Assembly: GCA_023920165.1 (NCBI GenBank) | Contig: CP089278.1 | Coordinates: 620,001-684,000 of the forward strand | DNA length: 64,000 nt | Reading direction: 5' to 3' | Source of the DNA: Curvularia clavata | Lineage: Eukaryota | Shown: one piece after another, positions 10,845 to 22,562 of the stretch | How the letters are laid out: each line of letters opens with the position of its first letter | How positions within the stretch are numbered: the stretch's first letter is position 1 | The notes under the pieces: model-generated | What the model was told of the DNA's origin: nothing | What the model saw: only the letters and a program-made list of their open reading frames with translations | Databases searched by the model: none | Translations under genes and position numbers: made by a program

Positions 10845-12767
10845 GGCTCAACCATAGTTTCGGCGCGGGAGGGAGCACTGATAGCTGCGGGTCGGTGATG
10901 GATAGTCCGTCAGTGCATGAGGCGTTGAGGCTATGATATCGGTGCGCAAGTGCAGCGCCATATACGCTTTCAGGTAATTGACAACATGTCGTTTTTCTCG
11001 CGCAGCAATACTGTCCCAACAAAGCCATCGTAAATCTCCGCGAAGGCTTTTTACTTCTGCAAGGAAGCAGATGGAGATGCTCCCTCAGTCTGTCCGAGCT
11101 ATATCCGGATCAACAATATGTCTTTTGCTTTTTTCTACGGGCCTAACTTCGGAAAAGCGTGGACAAGCGACCCACCATGGGTTTCCATCGGATATCAGGA
11201 TTTTGGTGCTTATCGTCAGAAGTAGTAGTCTACGGCCGCGGATACCACTCGGGAATGCTAGACTAAGCGCGGATCTACAGCCGCGCAGGAAACGAAACCG
11301 TTACGAAAGCTTCAGCGAGCACCGGGAACAAGTCGCATATAGCCAAAACTGACGCGACCCTTTGACTGGTACCCGAAATGGCGGTATATGACAATAATGA
11401 ATCAGTCAAAAAGCATTGTACATGGCATGCGCGCCTCGCAGGAACGACGCACGGTTGTCGTTCACGATTGTGGAAGCTGAGCGATTTTGGCTTGGAAAAG
11501 CACCCCGAGGTCACCTTGTCACCTTGTCTCGGGCCGGCATCAACGCCATGTACAGTGATGTACGTTGTACTACAACCATGGCATGTGGCTGGCTCCTTTA
11601 CATGTGACAGCATGTGCTGGGATGGTTCGATTGGTCCAGGCTGGGCGCTGCGCGAGACGTCATTGTTCGTGATTGTGTACAGCATTAGCAGCGGTTCCGC
11701 ACACGGGGCAACGGAGACGCGATGGAGGAAACGCGTGCCTGAAGATCGCGCTGAACCCCTTCTATCCGGAGCCATGACTTGTTGCCGAGAAACAAACGGC
11801 ACAGGACCGCCAACAAAGCCCCAGATGGGACACGCGACACGAGCGTCTTGCTGGGAGGCGTGCGAAATGACAATGGCATCAGAGCCCAGGTAAGCCGTCC
11901 GACTTGATTGGCCGGGCGGCGATGGCAATACGCATAACATAGCAACACTCCATCTCAGTGGCTCCCTGGGGCAGCACTGTGATGCGGGGAAGGCCATTCA
12001 ACCCCTCAATCCATGGCACCGGTGGACTGACTTGTTGACAACGGACGATCATGCTACTGCCGACTTCTGTACTTCTTCACTGAACCTCCAGCCTCGTTTG
12101 CTTTCTTCCCTCGTCCTCAGCACCGCGCCGTTGCAACGTTGTTTGAAGCGTCCAAGTCGGCAGTCGAGCGTACGTCCGACATAGCACGCACCCACTAAGC
12201 CCGCCAGACCCACACCCCACTCGTCTGCTTCCTACGCGGATCGGGACCTCCGCACAGACTCCCACGCACGAGGTACGCCCCAACAACCCTCCTTTTCTCT
12301 TCACCGACACCCTAGACCCCTATGTGATGGCGCGGGTATGATCGGAAAGAGGAGGGCCATTGCACACGGAGACGTTTTCCGCTACACGCGCAGCCCAGCC
12401 CAGTGTTTTTTGTGCATCGGGCGCAAACCGTACATCTATGTCATAGCCGGCTAGTCTTGCGAATGTCCACGGCCGCGGTGCACGTTGTCTGGAACCTGTG
12501 TCGCAGGCTGAGGCTCTTGCACAGGCTCTGAACCACAGTCGTGCATCAATGTCGTAGTTTCATACTCCGCTGGGCATATAGACCCAAGATGGCGGCCTCT
12601 TTTTGTCCACCTTCTCACTTCACCCTCTTCCATTCTGCTTTCTCGTTTGATCATTCCAGCATAGCGCGGCGTTATACACTCTCCAGCACACTGCTCCTTC
12701 TATCATTGTCCCATTCACAAGAGTCCTTGTTTGGAATCAGGATTGAGTGCTGTCACTGACGCTTGCC

Positions 12768-13894
12768 ATGTCGACTACAACAGCTACCACAAATACCTTT
12801 AAGATGCCTGCTGCACGCGCCCTCGAAAACGCAAAGCAATCTTCAGAATCTGTTCTCAGCGACGCATCCTCCGCCATGTCCAAAGCAGCAGAGAACCCCA
12901 GGAAGGCAACTTCAGACTTTCTCCACACACCCTTTATGCGTGCGGCGCTACCCTTCATCAATGGCGGCATCGCAGGCATGACTGCTACAACTGTCATCCA
13001 GCCCGTCGACATGGTCAAGGTGCGTCTGCAACTCGCAGGCGAAGGTGTTAAAACCGGACCCAAACCCACTCCGATTACTGTTTTCCGAGACATTGTTGCA
13101 CAGGGCAAGGTGTTGGACCTCTACACGGGACTCAGCGCCGGTCTCTTGCGCCAAGCTGTGTACACCACTGCACGGCTCGGCTTTTTTGATACCTTCATGA
13201 AGACACTGAGTGCGCGTGCAAAAGAAAACGGTACTTCAATCGGTTTCAAAGAGCGTGCTGGCGCTGGCCTGGCCGCAGGTGGTCTTGCAGCCATAGTGGG
13301 TAACCCGGCTGACCTCGCCTTGATCCGTATGCAATCCGACGGCCTGAAACCCGTCGCGCAGCGCGCAAACTACACATCGGTAATCGACGCCTTGGTGCGA
13401 ATAAGCAAGACCGAAGGCGTAACCCGACTTTGGGCCGGCAGCTACCCGACCGTCGTGCGCGCCATGGCCCTCAACTTCGGACAGCTAGCCTTCTTCTCCG
13501 AAGCAAAGCAACAACTGAAAAACACTAGTTTGTCGTCCCGCTCACAGACACTGACGGCTAGCGCCATTGCGGGCTTCTTTGCCAGTTTCCTCTCGCTGCC
13601 ATTCGACTTTATGAAGACGAGGCTGCAGAAGCAAACCAGACGGCCCGACGGTACCTTGCCATACAAGGGAATGTTTGACTGCTTCAAGAAGGTGGCCAAG
13701 GATGAGGGCCTTCTGAGATTCTACCGTGGCTTTGGCACGTACTATGTGCGCATTGCACCACATGCGTAAGTTCCACTTCCTTTCACTTTCACACCCCTCC
13801 CTCCATGGTAACACTCGAGAAATCTTTTATACTGACTCTGCACAGAATGGTAACCCTCATTGTGGCTGATTACCTTGGCTTCATCACTAAATAA
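12768..13894 (+). CDS. Mitochondrial carrier, 2-oxoglutarate/malate (dicarboxylate) type
   Basis: Three PxD/ExxK/R signatures (PVDMVKVR, PADLALIR, PFDFMKTR); GLSAGLLRQAVYTTARLG; YYVRIAPH. Intron 13766-13845, then MVTLIVADYLGFITK*. Confidence 0.92.
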
Positions 13895-14030
13895 ACCTTT
13901 CTCTCCACATGTGCACATGAACGTGTTCTTGTAGAAGCAAGCAAGTTTCTGTTCTGCACCTACTGCCCTCACCTCGCAAACAGCAACATGGCTTCCGTTT
14001 CTTATTTTGGCGGGTCGGGTTAGCTGAGGC

Positions 14031-14044
14031 AGAGAGAGAGAGAG
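14031..14044. repeat. (AG)7 microsatellite in the 3' region of the carrier gene
   Basis: agagagagagagag seen directly. Confidence 0.7.
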
Positions 14045-14630
14045 CAGTTTTTCATTTCCTTGGGCTCTTATGTAAAACCCCCTTTGGAACCTTTTTTGTC
14101 ATGGGTCTGAATGTCTGTACGTTTTTATCTATTACTACCTTAATATGTCCCACACGAAGCTTCCCCAGTTCAGTCCCAATTGTATGCACACAGGGAGAGA
14201 AAGAACCTAGAATTTGGTTCGTTTGGCGTTAAAATTTGTCGGTAGAGAGAATCCCTTGGTCTCTCGATTTGTTGGCAGGCAGGCGTATCGTTGGTTTTTT
14301 ATATTGCTACAGACTTCTTGTCTCTCCTTGTTGAGATTATATAGCTATACGAATACGTTTTCAGGGGTCCATCTATGTTTCTTGCTGGACGTGATTTGGA
14401 ATTCGTGCTACGTTATTCAAAGTTTCTGACTTCCATTTCCTGCAACATGGCATCACTCATCACACCCTATGCCCAAAGTACACAAGCGAATTGGCCCAAG
14501 GAATGCTTGACATTTGAAGGGATCCAGTCACTTCACTCCTAGCAGGTAGGTATATCACTACTGATCGTTGTCTCAACCTCGCTCACAGATGCTCCCTACA
14601 GAGTACCATCAACTTCGCAAGACCACCACC

Positions 14631-15568
14631 TCACCTCCTTCCACCGCCAATGTCCTGACCCAACCTATACCCACTAATCTTCTCCCACTCAATCTTCTGT
14701 CTCGTAATCGGTAGCTGTCTCCTGAGCGACTTGAACGCGCCCTCACTCAGACTACCGAACGCCTTGTTCAAGTCTTCTTGGTACTTCTTCTCCTCTGCTG
14801 CAATCTTTCTGACGACATCCGCGCCGCTGCCCCCACTAGCACTAATACTCACCTGCTTGGTAGTAAGCAGCCGCACATTTCCGTCCTCATAGTAGTGCAC
14901 GTCGACTTTTATAGTGCCCGTGACGCTGCCTGAAGACGAGTCGTAAACGTATGAGCTGCGCCAGCGGCCGTTCCAGTAGTTTGTAGGCGAGTACTTGTTT
15001 GCGACGGTGAGAATGGCGAAGGAAGAGGGAGACGACGGCACGGGGTACACGCCGTGCGAGGACTTGGGGTAGTGTTCTGCAGCGTGCGTGCTTAGGGCTT
15101 TGTTGAGGCTCTTGCTGTTGCATATTAGCATACTGCTATTACTGGGGTGCTGGAGGCTGTGGGAACCGGACATACAGCAAATCGTCGTTTGAGCTTTCGA
15201 CTACGTGGGATTGTACCGCGCTGGCCTTGCCAGTGACATGGTCGAAATCAAACGAGCTTTGTGTGTCGATGTCGTAGTACCGGCCGTCGCCCAGCGAGTT
15301 GTACTGGCTAACCAGGACCTCGGTGCTGCCGCCGGGGAGCTTGGTTGTAGTGAATTGCTCTTCATTGTACTTTTGGAATGCGGGAGAGAGCTCGTTCTGG
15401 ACTGAGTCGTCGCCGAGAATGGACTTGATTGCTTTGGTGACATCGGCGAGCTGTGTTGCTGGTCAGTCGGTGCTGTGACGAGAGCTATGTGTGGGGCGCC
15501 AGGGAGCAATGTACCTCACCCGGCGGTGCGCTGTCGATGAAGGAGGAGAGGGCTGCGGTTCGTGACAT
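14631..15568 (-). CDS. CAP1: F-actin capping protein alpha subunit
   Basis: MSRTAALSSFIDSAPPGE (exon 1); NKYSPTNYWNGRWRS, KVDVHYYEDGNVRL, FKSLRRQLPITRQKIEWEK. Two introns. Confidence 0.93.
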
Positions 15569-15902
15569 TTCGGCGGTTGGTTGGTATAGCAACTGCTCGT
15601 TGTGTTGGCCAAGTTGCGGGCGCACGTCGAGGGCGGAGGAGCGAAGTGGGGTCCAGCGGAAGTGCAGGGGCCACTCTTCTCCGCATACACGCAGACACAG
15701 AACCAAAGGGACGATAGGTGATTAATGACTGTAAACATAGTGGAAGGGTATCTATCTCAATCAAAAGCCTGTATAGGCGAGAAATAATAACGGCCATACT
15801 TGCCGTGTTCCTTCCGTATACCCTGCCTTCAACGCCACGCTCGAAGAAAAATTACCACAACACGTACTCCAAGGACCCCGTAAAGCGTCGTTTTCTGAGC
15901 AA

Positions 15903-17850
15903 TTATTCGATGCTCATCTTCATCAGACCATCATTCGTATCGGTCATGCCTTGTAAACCTATCCTCTTCGGACCCAATATAGGCGTCATGCTCATACTGC
16001 CTCCGCTGTTTGAGCGTTCGCCATGCGAGTGACCACTGATGGATGTTTCTCTGCTTGCTTTGGCGCTTGTTCCCCACACACCTCCATCTCTTTGGGCAGG
16101 CGACTGCGAGATGACGGGACTGTTGTGAACGCTGACACCTGGTGAGACTGCACGGCGCTTGATTGAGGCTTCATCAAAGTCGTCGTCTCGTCGGCGTTTG
16201 TTCGATTTCTTCAGTGCTTCAGCTGCCGTGGGAGGTAGCATAGGACCAGGCGTAGATGCCCGAGATGCTCCACCGTTAGGACCGATGATGGGCGAATCCA
16301 TGCTCATGTCTTCACTCATTGCTGAAGACTCGGCTCGTGGGAAAGCTGGTGGAGGAGGAGTGTGTGCTACGCGTTGGTTCCAGAACCCACTGCTAATCGA
16401 ATTGCGGCCAGCGTTATGCAGATTTCCGAACGCACCAAACAATCCCTTAGTGCTTGAGTTGTCCAGACTCATGGTACTTTCGTCGCCTTCTTCCGGTACT
16501 CCTTCTAGTGGACCGTCCAATCCAGGCACAGCAGGGAGGAGGCTAGGGGAGGACTGCGCAGTGACTGAAATCCGTTCATGGTCCACGTCGCTTTCTCTTA
16601 CTTGCCGTATGATCTCGGCTTCGCGTCGGAACTCACTATCCACGGGAGCCGACTCTTCAAACAACTCGGCTTTGATGCGACCAAACTGTCTCGATTTTGG
16701 CTGTTGGAGTTAGCATGTTTATACAGGATGATGATAGAAAGAAGCATACAAGCAGGTTGCCTCTTCGTGTGACCGCCCGCCTCACCACGCCTGGAGTCTG
16801 AGGCAGATTCGCGGCTTCGTCGCCACTATCGTTACCAGAAGAAATGTGGAGATCGTTGGCAAAAATCGATAGGCTCTCTCTGCGGGAGCCTGCCTTGCGT
16901 ATTGCAGCTTCGCGCGCAAAGTACCCACCATCCTTGCCGTTCGGCGGCGATGCAGGGCCAGGACTGGCCATGGAGCTATGCCCGCTGGCTGAACTTGAAC
17001 TCTTACGGCTGCGACCCTTGCGCAATCTAGCCCGGTGCATACTTGCAAAGTTGGGTTGTGCGCCTGGTGAGAATAGATTGGCCCAGAGTCCATTGTTGCC
17101 TGCGCTGAGGCCCGGGAACAAGACATTAGTCTTAGCTTGTGGTGTCGTGAGCATGGGGTCATCGTGGTCGTCAGGGTCCAAGGGATCCACTTCATCCGAA
17201 GAGCTGCTCGAATCATCTGATCCCATCATGTTAATACTGCCCACCGAGCTCGAAGGCGCCGTCCTATCACCATGGCTCCATCCGCTTCCATGCATGCTCA
17301 CGTTGGGCGATTCCATGAGCATCGAGTTGGAGCGAGGCTTCCTTGTCGGTATCTTAATCCCCTTTTGCGTGATAGTAGGCGACGAGTCGGGAGACGACTG
17401 GTCAGGGAGTGTTGAGTGATGGAGATTGGTGCAGGCCCTCGAGAACTCGGCACCGCGGGAACGGCGAGGCAGTACAGACCCGGGCGAGGCATACGTGTTG
17501 CGCGAATCTAATTGCGGTGAGAGAGGTACACGCGCAGCAAAGTGGGCGGGGCTAGGCATATGCGACTCTCGAGGGGGCATGTGCAGAGAAAGGCCTCTGG
17601 AGAGGAAGTCCGGCCTGCGAGGCGTGCTGGGACTGGCATCGATGGTGTGGTCGTCCTTGGACATTCGTGCGGATTCGTGAATTTTGGGCGAAGGCTCAAG
17701 ACGGGGTGTGCTGTCCGAGAGAGACCGTGCTTTGGGCGACTGCGTCTTTGGTGGTGTTGTCACTCCTCGAGGCGGCTTCGCGGCGGCTTCGCGGTCGTCG
17801 ATGGATTCGCGTCTACCACCGCCATCTGGCGTCATGGAGGCCGTCAACAT
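15903..17850 (-). CDS. Ser/Pro-rich hypothetical protein, probably conserved in filamentous ascomycetes (2 exons)
   Basis: ORFs 17850-16657 and 16664-15903 are joined by intron 16749-16701, giving RRAVTRRGNLL|PKSRQFGRIKAELFEE. C-terminus GLQGMTDTNDGLMKMSIE. Confidence 0.8.
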
Positions 17851-18202
17851 TGTGTTTGGTGAATGAGAATGGTACTGCAGGGTGACTGGCGAAACTCATG
17901 ATACTAGCGACGCGCTCAACAGGAATGAAGCTGTGCTATTGAAGCACAGGGCCCGCCCGCTCGACGTCAATGTCACGAAAGCGGGGCGGCTAATCAGGGC
18001 CTATCGTCACGTGAAAGCCACAGCCGTGAACGTACTATCGCGTTATTGCATGTCTCTTGATATTGCTCTGTTCAACATCTGACTGCAGCCTTTATTTGTG
18101 CAAAAGGATTGGTGGACCTGGGCATTTCGCTATGCCTGCACTTCAACAAGTTCACGATGACGCTTAGATCGCTAGCAGATCATCCCACCCACCATCCCCT
18201 CC

Positions 18203-19642
18203 CTAAGAGCACACAATACCCTCTACCCACTGGATGTCATCCCATGTTGCCTCCCATATGTTATGGATAGTCATGATCCGCTCCTTGGTGCTGTGCTTCA
18301 TCACTCCAACACACCGGCAGATTCGCCCTTGCTGCAAAAGGCGCCGGCTGTCATACTCGAATAGCGGCACCGCCTTCCAGATGGCTGCATCGTAGGCACC
18401 TTTGATGTAGGGGGGTCTGATGTGGAACAGGTCACAAAAAGTAAAATATTGATGCGTTTCCGTCCGCTCCGAAGCAAGCACTCTGGCATACAGCTCGATT
18501 ATCATCTGCTGGCCTGACTTGAATGCTTGGAGGCTCTGATTTATTGCTTCGCCAATTCGAAAGCATGTCCTGAGTACCACGTTGGATGAAAGGCCTATGA
18601 TGGGCGAGCGATCGCGAACTGATTCGGGAAACAGAGGTCTGACAATCGGTTTCCGAGTCTGTGCAATTTCCTTCTCACGGCTTGCGGACAGCACCCGTGT
18701 GGTAGAAGTGACTGGAGAGACGAATTTCTTTCGAGCGGGTTGGGAGCTGCTCACAGGAGGCGCTTCTTGGATGGCGTTTACACGGTCATCATCGACGGAA
18801 TGTTCCTTGTCATTGTTGCTGTCTTGGAACCCTGCTAGTGAGTTTGAAACATTTGAGGATATGTCAAAACACGAACCCAAGGTCAAAACGAGTAGTTCAT
18901 CGTCAGGAATGTCAAAGTCATAGTCATCGCCATTGGTAGCTGTATCATTGTTGTTTCGACAAAGTAGCTCTCCATTATCATCTGGAAATGCGCCCAGCAC
19001 GGTATCATCTCCGAGGCTAAGCAATACAGGATGGAGATCCTCAGCATGGTGTGTTTCTACAGTATCTTGGCTGATTGATGGGGCAGTCTCTAGACCGAAA
19101 ATGCTCTTAGGGGTCACGTAGGAGAAATCTTCAGGATGAACAGCGTGGGACATGGGGAGATCATCCATGATTGGTGAATTTGTGTTAGAGTCGTCAGTGG
19201 CCCGAGGATACTGAGGATTGCATTGCGTGAGTGAGGCTGGACTACGGTGCCCATTCCGGCCACCAGCCCGCCTTGGTCGAGGTGCATATTTCTCGAGATG
19301 AGCAGGTTCAGTCGTGCTGCCCAAGCCTAGGTACCGAGCCACGTCCGGGTTATGCCGTCGTCGCGAGTTGCCGATCGCTCTTGATGAGGTTTGGCCCGGC
19401 CGAGCAACTGCGACTGCCGAGGATTCGGGCGTCAACAGCTGTGTCTGTGAACGATTAATGGCCGTGAAGCCGGTCGAGTCTGGAAACGGATACGCATTGC
19501 TGCAAGCTTCATGTCAGTCCAAACAGGCTTGAGGCAGAGGCAGGAGCAGAAGCAGTATGAAGTGAAGGGTGAACAGGTGTTGGGCCGCTCACGCATCACC
19601 TTCATTCTCCGTCGCCGCCTCGGTGGTCTGCCCACCATACAT
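18203..19642 (-). CDS. Hypothetical protein: disordered N-terminus, globular C-terminal domain (possible OB fold)
   Basis: Exon 1 19642-19593 (MYGGQTTEAATENEGDA), intron 19592-19500 (GTGAGC..CTGAC..CAG), then in frame into the 410-aa ORF. Confidence 0.78.
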
Positions 19643-20154
19643 GGTTGGAATATTGTATATAGGCGTGCAATGACAGAAAACAGGCTGCGAGGTTTGAGGC
19701 CCGAAAGTTTAGCGGGACAGCCACAGATACGTGGGTGTGACTTCCTTACTCAGCCCCCCACTGCGGGGTGACTGCATCCCATGTCAAGGCAGCGATAGCG
19801 TCATCTGCGTATCGCATGTACACTCATCCAACTTCTTTGCACCGCAGAACCCCAGCCACTCGAGCCAACAGCAGCTCTCGTTTCCATACATCCCGCCCCA
19901 ATCTACCGCCACACGTTCTCCCAACTCCGGGTGGGTGTTGTTCTATTCTTATCTGTAACACCGGATCTCTAACCGCCCGAACTGCTTCTCTCCTCCCTTC
20001 AAACCGTAGTGAGAACACCCAACACCAGTCTGTGCCGATCGACAGTGCCGTGTTGCAGCAGAAAGAATACCTCATTCACGAACTTTTTGCTTTTTGCTTC
20101 CAAATTTAGCAAACATTTGTCTCCAAACTTCCTCGAGGAGGCGATAGTCGCAGA

Positions 20155-21881
20155 ATGCCGGTAAGTCATGTTTACATTCAGCCGCATACAAAACCATTAA
20201 ACCCCCATGAAAAATACCTTTGTCAAAACGCATCTTCCCTCCCCTGCAGCACTGTTCATACTTCTCCTCTACTCAGTCATGGTTCCAAACGTCCAGCGCA
20301 CTGACGCTGAGCCGCTTGTTGGCGCCGAATCACCCCCTTCTGTCACTTACCGCTATTATTCCTGTGACCCTGAATCCCTCTCCTCCCCGAAACAAAGTTT
20401 GCCTAAACAGGGCAAATTCAACGTCCTTTCCACACTCAAAGGGCTACATAATCACAAGGAGCCCGAAATATACGCAGACTTGCCCATATCTGAGAATCCT
20501 TGTCCTCTATGCTTTTTTGAACACTGTCACAAATCGCTAAAATCCTGGCTTCGACAATAGAAACACGCATACTCGGCCGTAACGGTCCAGATTGATCGGC
20601 TGACAAGCGAGCAATACGAAGAAAATGTAAGATTCACCGTACGACCACAATTTCCGTGCTAAGTATTCCAGGATGTTGGTGGAATCGTCGACCTTATTGA
20701 AGTCATCCGTATCCAAGCATCTGGGCCGACCGAAGCAGCTCGCGCTCTTCGCAAGAAGCTGTAAGTCAACAGTCACCTGATCGGTAGTACGTTCTAAACT
20801 TGTCACAGAAAATATGGAAATGCACATCGCCAGATACGTGCCCTTGTCATCCTGGATGCATTGATCCAGAATGCCGGCTCAAGATTCCAGAAGACTTTTG
20901 CCGATGAGCCACTCTTGGAGCGACTTCGTATTCTGGCCAGAGACGATACAGTAGATGTTGATGTGAGACAGAAAGCCAATGTTCTATTCCGCGGATGGGC
21001 AGTAGAATATAAAGGAAAGCCTGGTCTCGAAAGGATCGCTGCACTTCACAAGGAACTGCCGCGCACCAAACGTCCACAACCACAGCAATCCCGCATAGTG
21101 CGACAGCAAGACGCTGAAGCGGCCCGTGAGCGTGAGGAGCACTCACCATCCCCTCCCAGGAACAGCAGGCCCGAGCCACCTCATACATCTTCTTCAAGAA
21201 TGAGTACTCCTGTTGTGCCCGGCCCTGGTGCCCCCTTTCCAAGCTCTTCACTGTTTAAGAGGGATAAGAAGGACAAGAAGACGAAGCGACAGCCTTTTAA
21301 TCTCGAAAAAGAGAAGGGACAGATGCTTGAAACTATCGCGTCAGCCAACGTCGCTAGCACAAACCTACTGAACGGGCTGCAACTTATCAATTGCGAGCAG
21401 CAGCGGGTCAGTGAGAATCCGGAAGTCATGCGTCGGTTCGAGACGTGTAAGCAACTCCGCCGCCAGATTCTGCGCTACATTCATCTAGTTGAATCGGAAC
21501 AATATATCGGTGGTCTGCTCAACGCCAATGACGAGCTAGTCAAGGGGCTTATGGCATTCGAGATTATGGACAAGAGCATCGACGACGACAGCGACAGCGA
21601 CAACGAGGAGGGTAATGTCTCCGCGGCCATGTCCAGCATGGATATGAACGAGGCTCCGCCGCCGAAGCCACCGCGACCTACGAGCATCCCTATGCCTGCG
21701 CCCATGGCTAGCAAGCAGCGTGTCGAATCGGACAGTGAGCCAGAGGAAGATGAGAATGATCCATTCGGCGACAGCAATGGTAAGCTTACAGCGACTCAGG
21801 ACTCCAGACAAAGGCTAATTTTCTGAAGCTATCAAGACTCCTTTTGCAGAGAAAGGCCAACCAACGTGGAGGGATGTGTAG
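20155..21881 (+). CDS. LSB5: VHS/GAT-domain endocytic protein Lsb5
   Basis: MP|KHAYSAVTVQIDRLTSEQYEEN|DVGGIVDLIEVIRIQASGPTEAARALRKKL|KYGNAHRQIRAL..LDALIQNAG (VHS). GAT region CKQLRRQILRYI..LLNANDELV; DPFGD. Introns ~20161-20560, 20627-20671, 20761-20808, 21780-21828. The 6-nt first exon is tentative. Confidence 0.85.
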
Positions 21882-22433
21882 TGAGGTTGGCAATGCAATG
21901 TGCAGGTCATGTTTGTGTCGAGGCACGGCGTTAGGCTCTCAATTATACATGTTTTACGATACCCTTTCCTATGGGTTCATCGATTAGATAAATGCGACAA
22001 GGCACAATATATTTGGAAACCTCCACTTCATGTTTTCATCTCCTGTTTGGACGCGTTGCCTCCGCCACGTTCACAGCCACAGGCGACGTCATGCGGCGCT
22101 AGCGTCGGCGTGTCATTGGCCTGGCGCCTTGCGCAGTGGCATTGAAGCAGGGCGCTGGAAACCGTTGGACATCCGTCTTAATCTCCCTCTGCTCCCCCTC
22201 AGAGACGACTGTACATACCGCAAACTACCATTCCCTATTTCGTCACCGACACAGTAAGTCCCCTGGCTGCACTATGGCGCATACAAAAGGCGAACAAGCA
22301 TACTGACAACGTCATAGCGCAACGTTCATCATCGAACTTCGGTATCCCTAGGCGCATTCACCTTCAGCTCTCCGCCACCCGTACAATCATCGCATACGCT
22401 TAACAAAGTCGCGAACCGCCCACCTCCATTACA

Positions 22434-22562
22434 ATGCCTGCCTCGACCACTTCCTCCATCTCGTCCGCCGCCGGATCCATCGTCAAGCCCCAGGGCGGCA
22501 AGTGCAGCTGCATCAGCACCGACGACTGCAGTTGCTGCTGCATCCCCTGCACCGTCATGTAA
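22434..22562 (+). CDS. 42-aa Cys-rich peptide with C-terminal CaaX (CTVM); candidate prenylated, a-factor-like precursor
   Basis: ACAATGCC start context. MPASTTSSISSAAGSIVKPQGGKCSCISTDDCSCCCIPCTVM*. Nearly all codons end in C/G. Canonical upstream intron signals at 22254-22317 (GTAAGT..CTGAC..TAG). Confidence 0.75.
   Translation: MPASTTSSISSAAGSIVKPQGGKCSCISTDDCSCCCIPCTVM

Noticed and set aside
11275..11997. Overlapping 171-aa (+) and 240-aa (-) ORFs between NSE2 and the carrier gene
   Set aside because: Cys/Trp/Arg-rich composition typical of non-coding frames, no recognisable motif, no convincing exon chain.
10850..12700. Possible telomerase RNA or other ncRNA near RAP1
   Set aside because: No TAACCCTAA-like template or recognisable conserved structure found on either strand by eye. 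An Infernal search would be needed.
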